64,000 nucleotides of DNA from Nitrospirota bacterium (GTDB lineage Bacteria > Nitrospirota > Thermodesulfovibrionia > Thermodesulfovibrionales > Dissulfurispiraceae): assembly GCA_040754455.1 (NCBI GenBank), contig JBFMCP010000009.1, positions 1 through 64,000 on the forward strand, in the 5' to 3' direction. The translations under genes were made by a program, and so were the position numbers. Of the stretch, positions 20,645 through 31,232 are shown piece by piece; the first letter of the stretch is position 1; each line of letters begins with the position of its first letter. The notes beneath the pieces were generated by a model. That model was not told the DNA's origin, did not search any database, and saw nothing but the letters and a program-made list of their open reading frames with translations.

Positions 20645-20894
20645 CTATTTGCTACACTTCCTAAACAGCACATCCGACACAATCGCATCATGCTGGGCGC
20701 GGATAAAAGTTCCCTCGAACTCGACCCGCCCGGTATAGAAGCGGTTGCCGAGGATGCCTCGGATGGTGGAGACCTGCCATTTTCCACTTTCCACCCCGCT
20801 TGGTCTTAATGCCATCTCCATTGAGCCTATCGCATATCCACTGGAGGGCCTTGCCCTCGGCCTTCCACCGGAATATCTGCTCGATGACCTCGGT
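20645..20894 (-). pseudogene. large serine recombinase, recombinase-domain fragment
   Basis: EVIEQIFRWKAEGKALQWICDRLNGDGIKTKRGGKW / WQVSTIRGILGNRFYTG...HDAIVSDVLF, frameshifted at a TGGAAA[G/A] 7-bp duplication. Confidence 0.7.
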
Positions 20895-21400
20895 GTAATT
20901 TCACACGCATAATCGTGCTATAGCCGCAGCAGTATTCCAGAATCATCCGTCGTTATCTTATAATCTCTCATTAAATCAGCGTAGAAAAGGACGAAGGGGA
21001 CAACCCAGGCGATCATCTCGCCAAAGGCTCCATTACCGCTGCAGCTATGGAAAAAACATCGGTCGTCTCTGCTGAACATGTCAAAATAGCTGCCACCGAA
21101 ATCATATAATCACTTCCCAGGGAGAGAACGGCTCTCTCCCCCACACCTTCATGGCGAAACAATGCGGAGTCAAACGATTGTGGAATCCGAATTAGTCAGA
21201 TACAAAATGGCGGATTAGCATGGCGCGTTACAACTCATCCCTCTCTTGATGTTCTTATGATTTCTGCTACAATTGAATCAGATACTTCAAAGACCCGCTG
21301 CTAAGAGCATGTAGTAACCCGAACCATCGTTGTACGTGTCAGGCTCGCTTTGTGTTCCGCAGATACATCTCATTCTGAGCAGTACGAGAAGGAGGCCCTC

Positions 21401-23869
21401 ATGGAACGCTATATCTGCATTCATGGTCACTTCTATCAGCCGCCGCGTGAAAACCCCTGGCTCGAAGAGGTGGAAGTGCAGGATTCCGCCTATCCGTACC
21501 ACGACTGGAACGAGCGGGTCACCGCTGAATGCTATGCGCCGAATGCAGCTTCGCGCCTTCTTGACGGCGAGGGAAGAATTCTCGGCATCGTCAACAACTA
21601 TGCAAGCATGAGCTTCAACTTCGGCCCCACGCTCCTGTCATGGATGGAAAAAAGCCAGCCTGAAGTATATCAGAGCATCATCGAGTCGGATAAGCTCAGC
21701 CGGGAGCGGTTCTCCGGACACGGATCAGCGCTCGCTCAATGCTATAACCATATGATCATGCCCCTCGCCAACACGCGGGATAAACGGACACAGGTCATCT
21801 GGGGCATCAGAGATTTTCAGAAGAGGTTCGGAAGAGACCCCGAGGGAATGTGGCTGCCGGAATGTGCTGTTGACTCAGAGACCCTCGATATCCTTGCAGA
21901 GCACGGCATTAAATTCACCATCCTCGCGCCGCGCCAGGCAAAGGAGGTGCGGCAGCTGGAGGATGGTGCCGTATGGCAGAGCGTCGAGGGAGGGCGCATT
22001 GATCCCACCACCGTCTACCTCTGTCATTTACCATCAGGGAGAACGATACATCTCTTTTTCTATGACGGTCCCATCTCCCAAGGCATTGCGTTTGAAGGGA
22101 TACTTTCGAGCGGTGAGGTCTTTGCCGACAGACTGATAAGCGCCTTCGTCGACAAGAACGGGAGGGACTGGCCCCAGCTCGTCCATATAGCAACAGACGG
22201 TGAAACCTACGGCCATCATCACCGTTTCGGCGATATGGCACTGGCATTCTGCATCCATCACATCGAGTCGAACAACCTGGCAAAGATTACCACATACGGC
22301 GAATACCTTGAGAAGCATCAGCCGACCCACGAAGTACGGATATTCGAGAATTCATCCTGGAGCTGCATCCACGGTGTGGAGCGGTGGCGCACCGATTGCG
22401 GCTGCAATTCGGGCATGCACCCGGCATGGCACCAGAAGTGGCGGAAACCGCTACGCGAAGCGTTCGACAAACTGCGGGATGTGCTCATCCCCGCCTATCA
22501 GCATGAGGCATCCAGGTATCTCAAAGACCCATGGGCTGCCCGAGATGAGTATATTGAGGTAATGCTCGACCGGTCAGTGGAAAATGTCGAGCGTTTTCTC
22601 AGTCGGCACGCATCGAGAGATCTCTCACAGGAGGAGAAGGAGCGGGTACTCAAGCTCCTCGAAGTTCAGCGCCATGCCATGCTGATGTATACGAGCTGCG
22701 GCTGGTTTTTCGATGAAATCTCGGGCATCGAGACCATCCAGGTCATCGAATACGCAGCAAAGGCCATCCAGCGTGCAGAGGAGGTGCTCAACCTCTCCCT
22801 GGAACGTCAGTTCATCGAGGATCTGCAGCTGGCGCCGAGCAATGTCCTCTCGACCGGTGCGGAGGCATATAAAAAATACGTTATTCCGACCCGGATCGAC
22901 TTTACCAGGATTGCGGCTCACTATGCCATATCCTCTCTCTTCGAGGAGTATCCCGAATCCATGAATATTTTCAATTATACGGTGACCAGTGATAACTACG
23001 AGAAGGTCAAGGCAGGTAAATTCACCCTTGCTACAGGCAAGGCGAGGATACATTCTGATTTTACCTGGGATGAGCAGGTGAAGACCTTTGCGGTGCTCCA
23101 CCTCGGCGATCATAACGCAAACGGCGGCATCAGGGATTTCATCAGCGATGAAGTGTTTTCCACGATGCAGAGAGAGCTCCGAGAGGCCTTCGACCGCGGT
23201 GATGCCACCGAGATGATCCTGCTCATCGATAAACACTTCGGGACCAACACCTATTCGCTCTGGCACCTGTTCCGAGACGAGCAGCGGAAGATCATTAACA
23301 AGATACTCGAATCAACGCATGCAGGCATTGAGACATCGTACCGTCAGATCTACGAGCTCAATAATCCGGTCATGAGCTTTCTCAGCTCGATCAATATTCC
23401 CCTTCCCACATCTATTGTCCTCGCTTCGGAATACATTGTAAATCTCGATCTGAGAAGGCTTTTCGAAACAGAAGAGATCGACATGGAAAAGCTCGAGCGA
23501 TTGATCCTCGAGACACAGCGTTGGTCGCTCGATATCGATAAACCGATGCTGGAGTATGTTATTTCCTCCTGGGCAAGCGCATTCATGGACAGGATAGTCC
23601 GGGACCCGCATAACCTGAAGCTCTTGGAGGAAATGACGAACGTCCTCAAGCTCATCCTTCCCCTGTCACTCGACCTCAAATTGTGGAAGGCGCAGAACAC
23701 CTTCTATTCTCTGAGAGAGCGCCTCTTTGAGGATATGATGGAGCGAGCGCGGAACGGCGATGAGTCTGCACAGCGCTGGGGGAAGGCATTCTGCGAGTTG
23801 AGTGATCACCTGCGCATCAAATGTACGTTTGAAATGGCAGAGCCGTCGCCCACCCCGGCGATAGCATGA
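21401..23869 (+). CDS. GH57 glycoside hydrolase with DUF3536-type C-terminus
   Basis: HGHFYQPPRENPW, HMIMPL, WLPE, TDGETYGHH, SWSCxHG, MYTSCGWFF; GGAGG RBS before ATG 21401. Confidence 0.9.
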   Translation: MERYICIHGHFYQPPRENPWLEEVEVQDSAYPYHDWNERVTAECYAPNAASRLLDGEGRILGIVNNYASMSFNFGPTLLSWMEKSQPEVYQSIIESDKLSRERFSGHGSALAQCYNHMIMPLANTRDKRTQVIWGIRDFQKRFGRDPEGMWLPECAVDSETLDILAEHGIKFTILAPRQAKEVRQLEDGAVWQSVEGGRIDPTTVYLCHLPSGRTIHLFFYDGPISQGIAFEGILSSGEVFADRLISAFVDKNGRDWPQLVHIATDGETYGHHHRFGDMALAFCIHHIESNNLAKITTYGEYLEKHQPTHEVRIFENSSWSCIHGVERWRTDCGCNSGMHPAWHQKWRKPLREAFDKLRDVLIPAYQHEASRYLKDPWAARDEYIEVMLDRSVENVERFLSRHASRDLSQEEKERVLKLLEVQRHAMLMYTSCGWFFDEISGIETIQVIEYAAKAIQRAEEVLNLSLERQFIEDLQLAPSNVLSTGAEAYKKYVIPTRIDFTRIAAHYAISSLFEEYPESMNIFNYTVTSDNYEKVKAGKFTLATGKARIHSDFTWDEQVKTFAVLHLGDHNANGGIRDFISDEVFSTMQRELREAFDRGDATEMILLIDKHFGTNTYSLWHLFRDEQRKIINKILESTHAGIETSYRQIYELNNPVMSFLSSINIPLPTSIVLASEYIVNLDLRRLFETEEIDMEKLERLILETQRWSLDIDKPMLEYVISSWASAFMDRIVRDPHNLKLLEEMTNVLKLILPLSLDLKLWKAQNTFYSLRERLFEDMMERARNGDESAQRWGKAFCELSDHLRIKCTFEMAEPSPTPAIA

Positions 23870-23882
23870 TCCCGGAGCGCGT

Positions 23883-26276
23883 ATGGTGAGGTACGTGTGC
23901 ATTCACGGGCATTTCTATCAGCCGCCGAGGGAGAACCCCTGGCTCGAAGAGGTGGAAGTGCAGGATTCCGCCTATCCGTACCACGATTGGAACGAGCGCA
24001 TCACCGCTGAATGCTACCTGCCCAATGCAGCCTCGCGGCTCCTCGGCCCCGGCGGGAAGATCATCGGTATCTTCAATAATTACGCTCATATGAGCTTCGA
24101 CTTCGGGCCTCCCCTCCTGTCCTGGATGGAAAAGAACAAACCCGATGCGTACCGCCGCATCATCGAATCAGACCGCCTCAGTGCGGAAAGGTTCTCCGGA
24201 CACGGCTCAGCGCTCGCTCAATGCTATAACCATATGATCATGCCCCTCGCCAACACGCGGGATAAACGGACACAGGTCATCTGGGGCATCAGAGATTTTC
24301 AGAAGAGGTTCGGCAGAGACCCCGAGGGAATGTGGCTGCCGGAATGTGCTGTTGACTCAGAGACCCTCGATATCCTTGCAGAGCACGGCATTAAATTCAC
24401 CATCCTCGCGCCCTGGCAGGTGACCCATATCAGAAAGATGGAAGAGAGGGCTGTATGGCAGGAGCTCGAATGGGGCGCTATCGATACGACGATGGCATAC
24501 CGCTGCAATCTGCCCTCAGGCAGATCGATCAATCTCTTTTTTTACGAGGGCGCCACTGCCTACGCCATTGCATCGGCAGGATTGCTTAAAAGCGGCGACG
24601 TCTTTGTCCGGAGATTGCTGGACATTTTCAGAGATAAGGACGGCCATCCTCAGCTTGCGCATATAGCGAATGACGGCGAGTCTTACGGGCACCACCACAG
24701 ACACGGCGATATGGCCCTCGCCTACTGCCTTCATACCATAGCCTCACAAGGGCTTGCAACGCTCACCAATTACGGAGAATTCCTTGAACGGCATCCTCCA
24801 ACCCATGAAATAAAAATACGGGAGAACTCATCATGGAGCTGCATCCACGGCGTCGAGCGGTGGCGGAGCGACTGCGGCTGCAATTCCGGGCAGTTCCCGC
24901 ACTGGAACCAGAAATGGCGGAAACCGCTGCGCGATGCCCTTGACGAACTGCGCGACGAGTTGGCCCCCGCCTATGAGCACGATATGCGCGACTATGTAAA
25001 AGACCCGTGGGCGATGCGGGATGGCCTGATCACCTGTATCCTCGACCGCTCCTCTGAAAATATGGAGCGGTTCCTGAAGCAGCATGCCCTGCGGGAACTG
25101 TCTCCTGAGGAGAAGACCAGAGTCCTGAAGCTGCTCGAATCGCAGCGGCATGCCATGGCAATGTATACCAGCTGCGGCTGGTTCTATGATGAGATCTCGG
25201 GCATCGAGACCGTGCAGGTGATGAAGTATGCAGCCCGTGCCATTCAGCAGGCATATGAGGTTTTCGGCTATTCGCTGGAGCAGAACCTTCTCGCTGACCT
25301 TGAAAAAGCACCCAGCAACTACGATGCCCATGGGGCGGAGACCTATAAACGGCTGGTCATTCCCTCCAAGATAGATCTAACCCGTGTTGCAGCACACTAC
25401 GCCATAGCATCTCTTTTCAGAGATGATCCATCGCATATGAACATCTATAATTTCAACGTCGAAAGCAGCCCCTACCAGAGGGTAAAGACCGGCAAGTTCA
25501 CATTCGCCGCCGGCGTTGCCCGAGCCGCTGACGATTTTACCTGGGAGCAAACGGTGAAATGCTTTGCCGTGCTGCATCTCGGTGACCATAATTTCAAGGC
25601 CGGTGTGCGAGATTTCACGACAGAAGAGGACTTTGCTCGGATGAGCAGCGCCCTGCTATCCGCCTTCGAGACAGGGGCCGCGACCGAGGTCATGCGCCTT
25701 ATCGAGAAGCACTTCGGTCCCGCCCGTTACTCCCTTGTGGACCTTTTCAGGGACGAACAGCGGAAGGTCATCGATAGCGTTCTCGCATCGACGCACGCGG
25801 GCATAGAGGCGGAATTCAGAGAAATCTACGAGCGCTACAATCCCATTATGAATTTTCTCAGCTCCCTCGGCATCTCCCTCCCCCAGACCGTGCGCATTGC
25901 AGCGGAGCATGTTATCAATCTCGATTTAAAAAGGATTTTTGATGAAGAAATGGTTGATACCGCCGAGCTCGATCGATTGATAAAGGAGGTTTTGAAGTGG
26001 AACATTCCTCTCGACAAAGCGGGAATCGCCTATATAATACCCCGATGGCTGTTTTCAGCAATGAACCATATAGGACACAATGCCCGCCGTGATACAGTGC
26101 TTCTCGAAAACATCACTGCAGTGATCGCCCTGCTCGAACCGCTCGCCCTTGATATGAACCTCTGGATGCCACAAAATAAATACATCTCTCTCAAAGAGTC
26201 CTTCTATTCCGAAGTAGGGGAGAGCGCAGGTGCGTTCCGAACACTGGGTGACTATTTGAACATAGAAGTGCTGTAA
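23883..26276 (+). CDS. second GH57/DUF3536 paralogue
   Basis: Same motifs (WLPE, NDGESYGHH); tandem duplicate. Confidence 0.9.
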   Translation: MVRYVCIHGHFYQPPRENPWLEEVEVQDSAYPYHDWNERITAECYLPNAASRLLGPGGKIIGIFNNYAHMSFDFGPPLLSWMEKNKPDAYRRIIESDRLSAERFSGHGSALAQCYNHMIMPLANTRDKRTQVIWGIRDFQKRFGRDPEGMWLPECAVDSETLDILAEHGIKFTILAPWQVTHIRKMEERAVWQELEWGAIDTTMAYRCNLPSGRSINLFFYEGATAYAIASAGLLKSGDVFVRRLLDIFRDKDGHPQLAHIANDGESYGHHHRHGDMALAYCLHTIASQGLATLTNYGEFLERHPPTHEIKIRENSSWSCIHGVERWRSDCGCNSGQFPHWNQKWRKPLRDALDELRDELAPAYEHDMRDYVKDPWAMRDGLITCILDRSSENMERFLKQHALRELSPEEKTRVLKLLESQRHAMAMYTSCGWFYDEISGIETVQVMKYAARAIQQAYEVFGYSLEQNLLADLEKAPSNYDAHGAETYKRLVIPSKIDLTRVAAHYAIASLFRDDPSHMNIYNFNVESSPYQRVKTGKFTFAAGVARAADDFTWEQTVKCFAVLHLGDHNFKAGVRDFTTEEDFARMSSALLSAFETGAATEVMRLIEKHFGPARYSLVDLFRDEQRKVIDSVLASTHAGIEAEFREIYERYNPIMNFLSSLGISLPQTVRIAAEHVINLDLKRIFDEEMVDTAELDRLIKEVLKWNIPLDKAGIAYIIPRWLFSAMNHIGHNARRDTVLLENITAVIALLEPLALDMNLWMPQNKYISLKESFYSEVGESAGAFRTLGDYLNIEVL

Positions 26277-26303
26277 AAAAGGCCGAGGTTGAGGATATAA
26301 CGA

Positions 26304-26373
26304 TGAAAAGAGCAAAAATAAAAATCAAGGACTCCTATTTTTTCATTTTGCACTTTGCATTTTGATTTTTATT
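26304..26373. repeat. heptamer repeat palindrome (TTTGCAT-type)
   Basis: GCAAAAATAAAAATCAA ... TTTTGCACTTTGCATTTTGATTTTTATTTT between convergent genes. Confidence 0.55.
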
Positions 26374-28525
26374 TTATGACCAGTACCTCGATATCGCCGG
26401 TTTTTCTCACGATCTCGACGCTGACGTTAAAGCGGTGGCGGCGGAGCACAAAATCGATCTCTCCCTCTTTGATCTTGAGCTTGGCCAGATGCACTTCCTT
26501 GAGAAAGTCGGGAAGTACCGGGTGCCTGAAAACGACACGGTTGGGTTGCTCGAGCGTGAGCCCGAGGCAGGCCTGCAACAGCATAAATACGGTGCCCGAT
26601 GCCCAGGCTTGGGGCATGCACGCAACAGGATAGAGTGTCGGCCCGTCGCCGGCGCGGCGGTGAAAGCCGCAGAACAGCTCGGGAAGACGGTACTGATCGA
26701 AATATTTCGATGCATCAAAAATGCCGGTGAATACCTTGAGCAGGGCATCCATTAAACCGTATTTGGCAAATCCCAGTGCAATAAGGGCGTTATCATGAGG
26801 CCATATCGATCCGTTATGATATGACATGGGGTTGTACTTGGCCTCGGAGCTCGCAACGGTGCGGATGCCCCATCCTGAAAAGAATTCGTCGGAGATGAGC
26901 GTCTCTGTAAGGCGATAGACCCGCTCTTCAGAGGCGATGCCGGTGAAGATGCAGTGCCCTGCATTCGATGTTCTGACCCTGCAGGGCTGTTTCTTGCCGT
27001 CGAGAGCGATAGCGTAAAAACCGAGGTCATCGACCCAGAAGGTCGTTTCGAACCGATCCCTCAATATCTCGGCTGCCTGCTTTAAATGGCGCGAAAGTTC
27101 GCGCTCGCCAAGCAGATCGGCGAGCATGGCCGCTTCGGTCTTGGCTGCATAGACATAGCCCTGGACCTCGCAGAGGGCAATGGGGCCTTCGGCCAGCCTT
27201 CCATCCGAATGGAATACCGAGTCTTTGGAGTCCTTCCAGCCTTGGTTGATGAGCCCTCTTTCCGATCGACGGCCATACTCGATGAAGCCGTCACCGTCGA
27301 TATCCCCGTACTCATCGATCCATTGCAGCGCCCTTTTCAGATGAGGCCAGATCGTCTTTATGAACTCCAGGTCGCCGCTCCTCCGATAGTAGGCGCCGGC
27401 GAGATAAATAAAGAGCGGAGTGGAGTCCACGCTGCCGTAATATTTTCCGAAAGGGATCTCTCCCAGGGCCGCCATTTCACCGAACCGCACCTCATGGATG
27501 ATCTTGCCCGGTTCGGCATCGCTCTCCGGATTGAGGGTCTCGGCCTGCGTTGCCGAGAGATACGAGAGCACATCACGCGCGATCTGCGGTTCGAACCACA
27601 GGCACTCAAGGGCAGTGATGATGCCGTCACGGCCGAAGGCGGCATTGAACCAGGGGACGCCCGCATAGGGATAACTGCCATGGCGGGTATCGGTAAGCAT
27701 CATATGGATATCGGAAAGAGATGTGGAGAACCATGCATTGAACTGCTCGTTGGTCGTGCAGATCTGGCAGGCACTGTCCCTCATGGTCTTATACTTCTCG
27801 TCAGCGAGGACCAGGGCGTGCTTCCAGTAGACATCCTCTCTCCTGTCGAACTGCATGGTAATGCGGAACGCCTCGCGGCATTTCGGGATCAATTTGAATT
27901 CGAATATCGCCGCTTCGTTATCAAGGGAAACGGGAGGCACGGAAAAGACGAGCCTCGTGGTGCGCTTTTGATTGTCGAGACCCTGGTACCCGAGCGTAAT
28001 GTCCTGTTTGCCGATCTCGGGAGGAAGATACTCGCCGCGCCGCTCCCTTTTAATCCCTCTTACTTCAAAAACGTCTTCGAAATCGGCTTCGAAGAAAAGA
28101 TGGAGCCTGATCACGACCGGATCGATGCCGAAATTGATGAGATAAATGCTCTCGAAGCAGTTCCCCTCCCAAATGAATTTGGAGCGATGGCAGTGAATGG
28201 TGTCCCGGGGGATGAAGGTGCCGTTGCCGTCGATGAGGATATCGGGATTGGTAAGGTCTGCTGAAAGGATATTGCTCTCCCTTTTCATGCCTGAGCTCAG
28301 AAAGAGCGGCCGTTTCCCTTCGAGCCGGAGTTCCCACTTGCTCAGATGGCGGGTGCCCTGATGGTAGATACCCTGCTCCTCCATACCCAGCTTGAGGATA
28401 TCACCCATGCGGGCAAAGACACCGAAGGTCTCATTGTGTTTGAGGGTCAGCGTCTTGAGATCGACACGGCCCGAGGTCGCGAGGATATAGTATTCGTCCT
28501 TCACATGAGAAGTAGTGTCCATCAT
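26369..28525 (-). CDS. amylo-alpha-1,6-glucosidase / glycogen debranching enzyme family
   Basis: AGVPWFNAAFGRDG, EPGKIIHE, YYGSVDSTPL, NQGWKDS, YHNGSIWPHDN. Confidence 0.9.
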   Translation of the reverse strand: MMDTTSHVKDEYYILATSGRVDLKTLTLKHNETFGVFARMGDILKLGMEEQGIYHQGTRHLSKWELRLEGKRPLFLSSGMKRESNILSADLTNPDILIDGNGTFIPRDTIHCHRSKFIWEGNCFESIYLINFGIDPVVIRLHLFFEADFEDVFEVRGIKRERRGEYLPPEIGKQDITLGYQGLDNQKRTTRLVFSVPPVSLDNEAAIFEFKLIPKCREAFRITMQFDRREDVYWKHALVLADEKYKTMRDSACQICTTNEQFNAWFSTSLSDIHMMLTDTRHGSYPYAGVPWFNAAFGRDGIITALECLWFEPQIARDVLSYLSATQAETLNPESDAEPGKIIHEVRFGEMAALGEIPFGKYYGSVDSTPLFIYLAGAYYRRSGDLEFIKTIWPHLKRALQWIDEYGDIDGDGFIEYGRRSERGLINQGWKDSKDSVFHSDGRLAEGPIALCEVQGYVYAAKTEAAMLADLLGERELSRHLKQAAEILRDRFETTFWVDDLGFYAIALDGKKQPCRVRTSNAGHCIFTGIASEERVYRLTETLISDEFFSGWGIRTVASSEAKYNPMSYHNGSIWPHDNALIALGFAKYGLMDALLKVFTGIFDASKYFDQYRLPELFCGFHRRAGDGPTLYPVACMPQAWASGTVFMLLQACLGLTLEQPNRVVFRHPVLPDFLKEVHLAKLKIKEGEIDFVLRRHRFNVSVEIVRKTGDIEVLVIK

Positions 28526-28528
28526 AGC

Positions 28529-29584
28529 TTATGCAATGCGTCGTGAGCTGGATGTTTGTACTTTTTTTAAAAGGTTCTCGTAGACCGCGCTGTAATCCAA
28601 CGCCATTCTTTCTGCGGAAAAGCGCCGTTTGAATTCTTTGCGGATATTGAGTCTGCTCAATGTTCCTGCTGCCTTTACCGCCGCTACCGCTCCGGGAATG
28701 TCATCAAAGATGAATCCCGTTACGCCGTCCTCAACGATTTCAGGAATGCTGCCGCGCCGCCGTGCGATGACCGGCGTGCCGCAGGCCATTGCTTCGATCA
28801 TCGCGAGCCCGAAGGGTTCCGGCCAGTCGACGGGGAAGATGAACGCATAGGCATTGCCGAGCAGCTCCTGTTTGTCCTTTTCCCCCACCTCGCCGATGAA
28901 CTCTATGAGCGGATGCTTCAGGAGCGGCTTTATGACTGCGGAAAAATACGCCTCTTCCGTCTTATCGACTTTCGCCGCTATCTTGAGCGGAATATCGGTC
29001 CGCTTCGCAATTTCTATGGCGTCGATGACCCGCTTTTCCGGTGAGACGCGGCCGATGAATACAAGGTATTCTCCGGGAGACTTGCTGAGTTGATACAGGT
29101 TGCGCGGCAGGCCGTGATACACGGTCGCCTGCCAGTTGGCCCAGAATATCGGCGCCCTCTGCGCATCGGAAATCGAGACCAACGGGATATCGTCGAACTC
29201 TTTATAGAGGGGCGCCAGCTCCGGCAGATCGAGGCGGCCGTGCAGCGTCGTCACAAAGGGCTTGCCGAGTCTTCGTAACAGAGAGAAATGCAGGTAGTCG
29301 GTATGAAAATGAATGATGTCGAATTCTGCGGCACTCTGTGCAACCCGCTCGATCATCAGCATGTGATAGGCGATCGGGTCCAGACACCGCCTGTCCGAAC
29401 GCAACGAGGAAGGACATATCGGCACCAGCTTCGCTTTTGTCGAGGAGTCGCCGCTTGCAAACAGGGTTACCTTATGCCCGAGGCCCACAAGCTCCTCGGT
29501 GAGATATGAAACCACACGCTCGGTCCCGCCATACCCTGCAGGGGGGACCGATTCATAAAGAGGAGAGACCTGTGCGATTCTCAT
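28529..29584 (-). CDS. glycosyltransferase family 4
   Basis: VPPAGYGGTE and EPFGLAMIEAMACGTPV. Confidence 0.92.
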   Translation of the reverse strand: MRIAQVSPLYESVPPAGYGGTERVVSYLTEELVGLGHKVTLFASGDSSTKAKLVPICPSSLRSDRRCLDPIAYHMLMIERVAQSAAEFDIIHFHTDYLHFSLLRRLGKPFVTTLHGRLDLPELAPLYKEFDDIPLVSISDAQRAPIFWANWQATVYHGLPRNLYQLSKSPGEYLVFIGRVSPEKRVIDAIEIAKRTDIPLKIAAKVDKTEEAYFSAVIKPLLKHPLIEFIGEVGEKDKQELLGNAYAFIFPVDWPEPFGLAMIEAMACGTPVIARRRGSIPEIVEDGVTGFIFDDIPGAVAAVKAAGTLSRLNIRKEFKRRFSAERMALDYSAVYENLLKKVQTSSSRRIA

Positions 29585-29637
29585 AATGGTATCCTTGAAT
29601 AGATTTGAGGGGTTTATAAGAGGGAGTGCTTACTTTA

Positions 29638-29666
29638 AAAATAGCATACAAACAGAGAGCTGTCAA
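29638..29666 (-). promoter_or_regulatory. sigma70 promoter for the GT4-debranching operon
   Basis: TTGACA-N17-TATTTT with TG extension. Confidence 0.5.
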
Positions 29667-29711
29667 CGAAATGACACGTTCGGTTGCGCATCGTGTTTAG
29701 GTGCCAACTGC

Positions 29712-30299
29712 TTATTGAGCGACTTTGGACGAGGGGGTGAGTAATTTATTCTTGATGAGCAATGTCCTCAGCTTCTGAAAATCACGGATAAATTCCTCTT
29801 TTGTTTCAGGAAAACGGAGTGCGGCAGCGGGATGAAAGGTGATGAAGTACAATCTCCCTTCCTGATCGATGACTGTTCCGTGCTCTTTGGTGATCGGCAC
29901 CGTGCGGCCGAGGACCGCAAAGCAGGCGATGCTCCCCAGGAGAACAAGCAACCGTGGGTTAATAATATCGAGTTGTTTCAAAAAATGGGTACGGCTGTGG
30001 GCGATGTTGCCCTTTGAAGGGGTGCCCTTTTTCGGAAGATACTTTACGGTGTTGGTGATATATACATTTTCCTCTCTGAGTCCGATATCGCGTATCATTG
30101 TACGCAGGATGCTGCCCGATCTGCCGACAAAAGGCCGCCCGGTCTTCGACTCTTCTATCCCCGGAGCTTCACCGATAAACATAATCTTCGCATCGGGATT
30201 CCCCTCACCGGGCACCGCCTTCCCCAAACCCCACTCCTTACAAAGTGAGCAAGCTTCGATCTCCCTGGCTATCTTCAAAAGCTCTTTGCCCTTGTCCAT
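29712..30299 (-). CDS. uracil-DNA glycosylase family 4
   Basis: CSLC, GEAPG, GRPFVGRSG, TFHPAA. Confidence 0.9.
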   Translation of the reverse strand: MDKGKELLKIAREIEACSLCKEWGLGKAVPGEGNPDAKIMFIGEAPGIEESKTGRPFVGRSGSILRTMIRDIGLREENVYITNTVKYLPKKGTPSKGNIAHSRTHFLKQLDIINPRLLVLLGSIACFAVLGRTVPITKEHGTVIDQEGRLYFITFHPAAALRFPETKEEFIRDFQKLRTLLIKNKLLTPSSKVAQ

Positions 30300-30391
30300 T
30301 CCATCGTCTCTCTATCGAAGATACGACAGTCCTATGAACGCAGCTTACGTTGCTCTTCTTTAATGGTAAGGTATTGGGTAGGCATGTCAAG

Positions 30392-30546
30392 ACAAATCCG
30401 AAATTCGAAGCCCGAAATCCTAAACAAACTTCCGATTTCGAATAATCCGAATTTGTTTAGGATTGAGATAGTGAACCTCCCCGCGGCAAGCCGACGGGGA
30501 ACTCTGCAAAGCTTTCGTCAGAATTTCGAATTTGGGATTTTAGTGA
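30392..30546. repeat. CGAAATC/GATTTCG heptamer repeat palindrome interrupted by a mini-element
   Basis: AAATCCGAAATTCGAAGCCCGAAATCCTAAACAAA ... TTTGTTTAGGATT ... AGAATTTCGAATTTGGGATTT. Confidence 0.65.
30471..30517 (-). mobile_element. 47-bp IS200/IS605-like non-autonomous element, copy 1
   Basis: Identical to 50649-50695; CCCCG..GGC/GCC..CGGGG hairpin; minus strand ends TTCAC. Confidence 0.65.
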
Positions 30547-31029
30547 TCAGACTTTATCGTCTTCGCTGCCGTCTTTCTCCTGCTCTTCGATAAATCTGAA
30601 GAGTTTTTCCATGGCATCGATCTGCTGCAGCCGCTTGTTTCTACCGGAAAGCTTGACCAGGTCTTCGATAAAATCAGGGGATTCGGGCAGCTCCGCATTA
30701 TAAACACCGCGTTTGGTCACCTTGTAGGCTTCAATCTCCGTGGTGAGGCTGTTCGCTGATGCGAGGACCTTCCGCACAGCGATATACCCGTTCTTCACAT
30801 TCAGCAGGCCGATCGCCGAGCGCAGGTAGGTGATCGCCTCATTCCAGCTCTCGAGGGAGAACTCGATCTCGGAGTGGATCAATACTTCGCTTTCCCTGTT
30901 GATATCGATGGCGCTGACCGCAATATCTCTTGAGAGGTTCCAAAGACCGTCGATGATATCCTGACTGACTTTTCGATACGGGTACGGCAGCTTTATATAG
31001 AATGCTCTTATTTCTCGGTACAACTCCAT
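30547..31029 (-). CDS. hypothetical protein
   Basis: 160-aa ORF with protein-like composition; no motif recognised. Confidence 0.65.
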   Translation of the reverse strand: MELYREIRAFYIKLPYPYRKVSQDIIDGLWNLSRDIAVSAIDINRESEVLIHSEIEFSLESWNEAITYLRSAIGLLNVKNGYIAVRKVLASANSLTTEIEAYKVTKRGVYNAELPESPDFIEDLVKLSGRNKRLQQIDAMEKLFRFIEEQEKDGSEDDKV

Positions 31030-31232
31030 TGCTCATTATAGCACTATCATCTCGTGAAAAGGCAATCGCAAATCATAACTCTATAAAATTAAAATGCTAA
31101 ATCGATCACACATGAAATAAAGATTCTAAAGCGACCTAATGTTTCGAAGTTTAGCAACGAACAAACCTTGACTAAAGCTACTTACATATTATAAAGTTAC
31201 TCTCAAAAATCTTTTCACAGGGGGTAGTATTT

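Larger units (their letters stand above)
9558..20900. mobile_element. decayed defence/genomic island downstream of tRNA-Asn
   Basis: Follows a tRNA; carries RM, Mrr and TA genes plus IS and serine-recombinase relics; no attR repeat seen, so boundaries are approximate. Confidence 0.6.
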
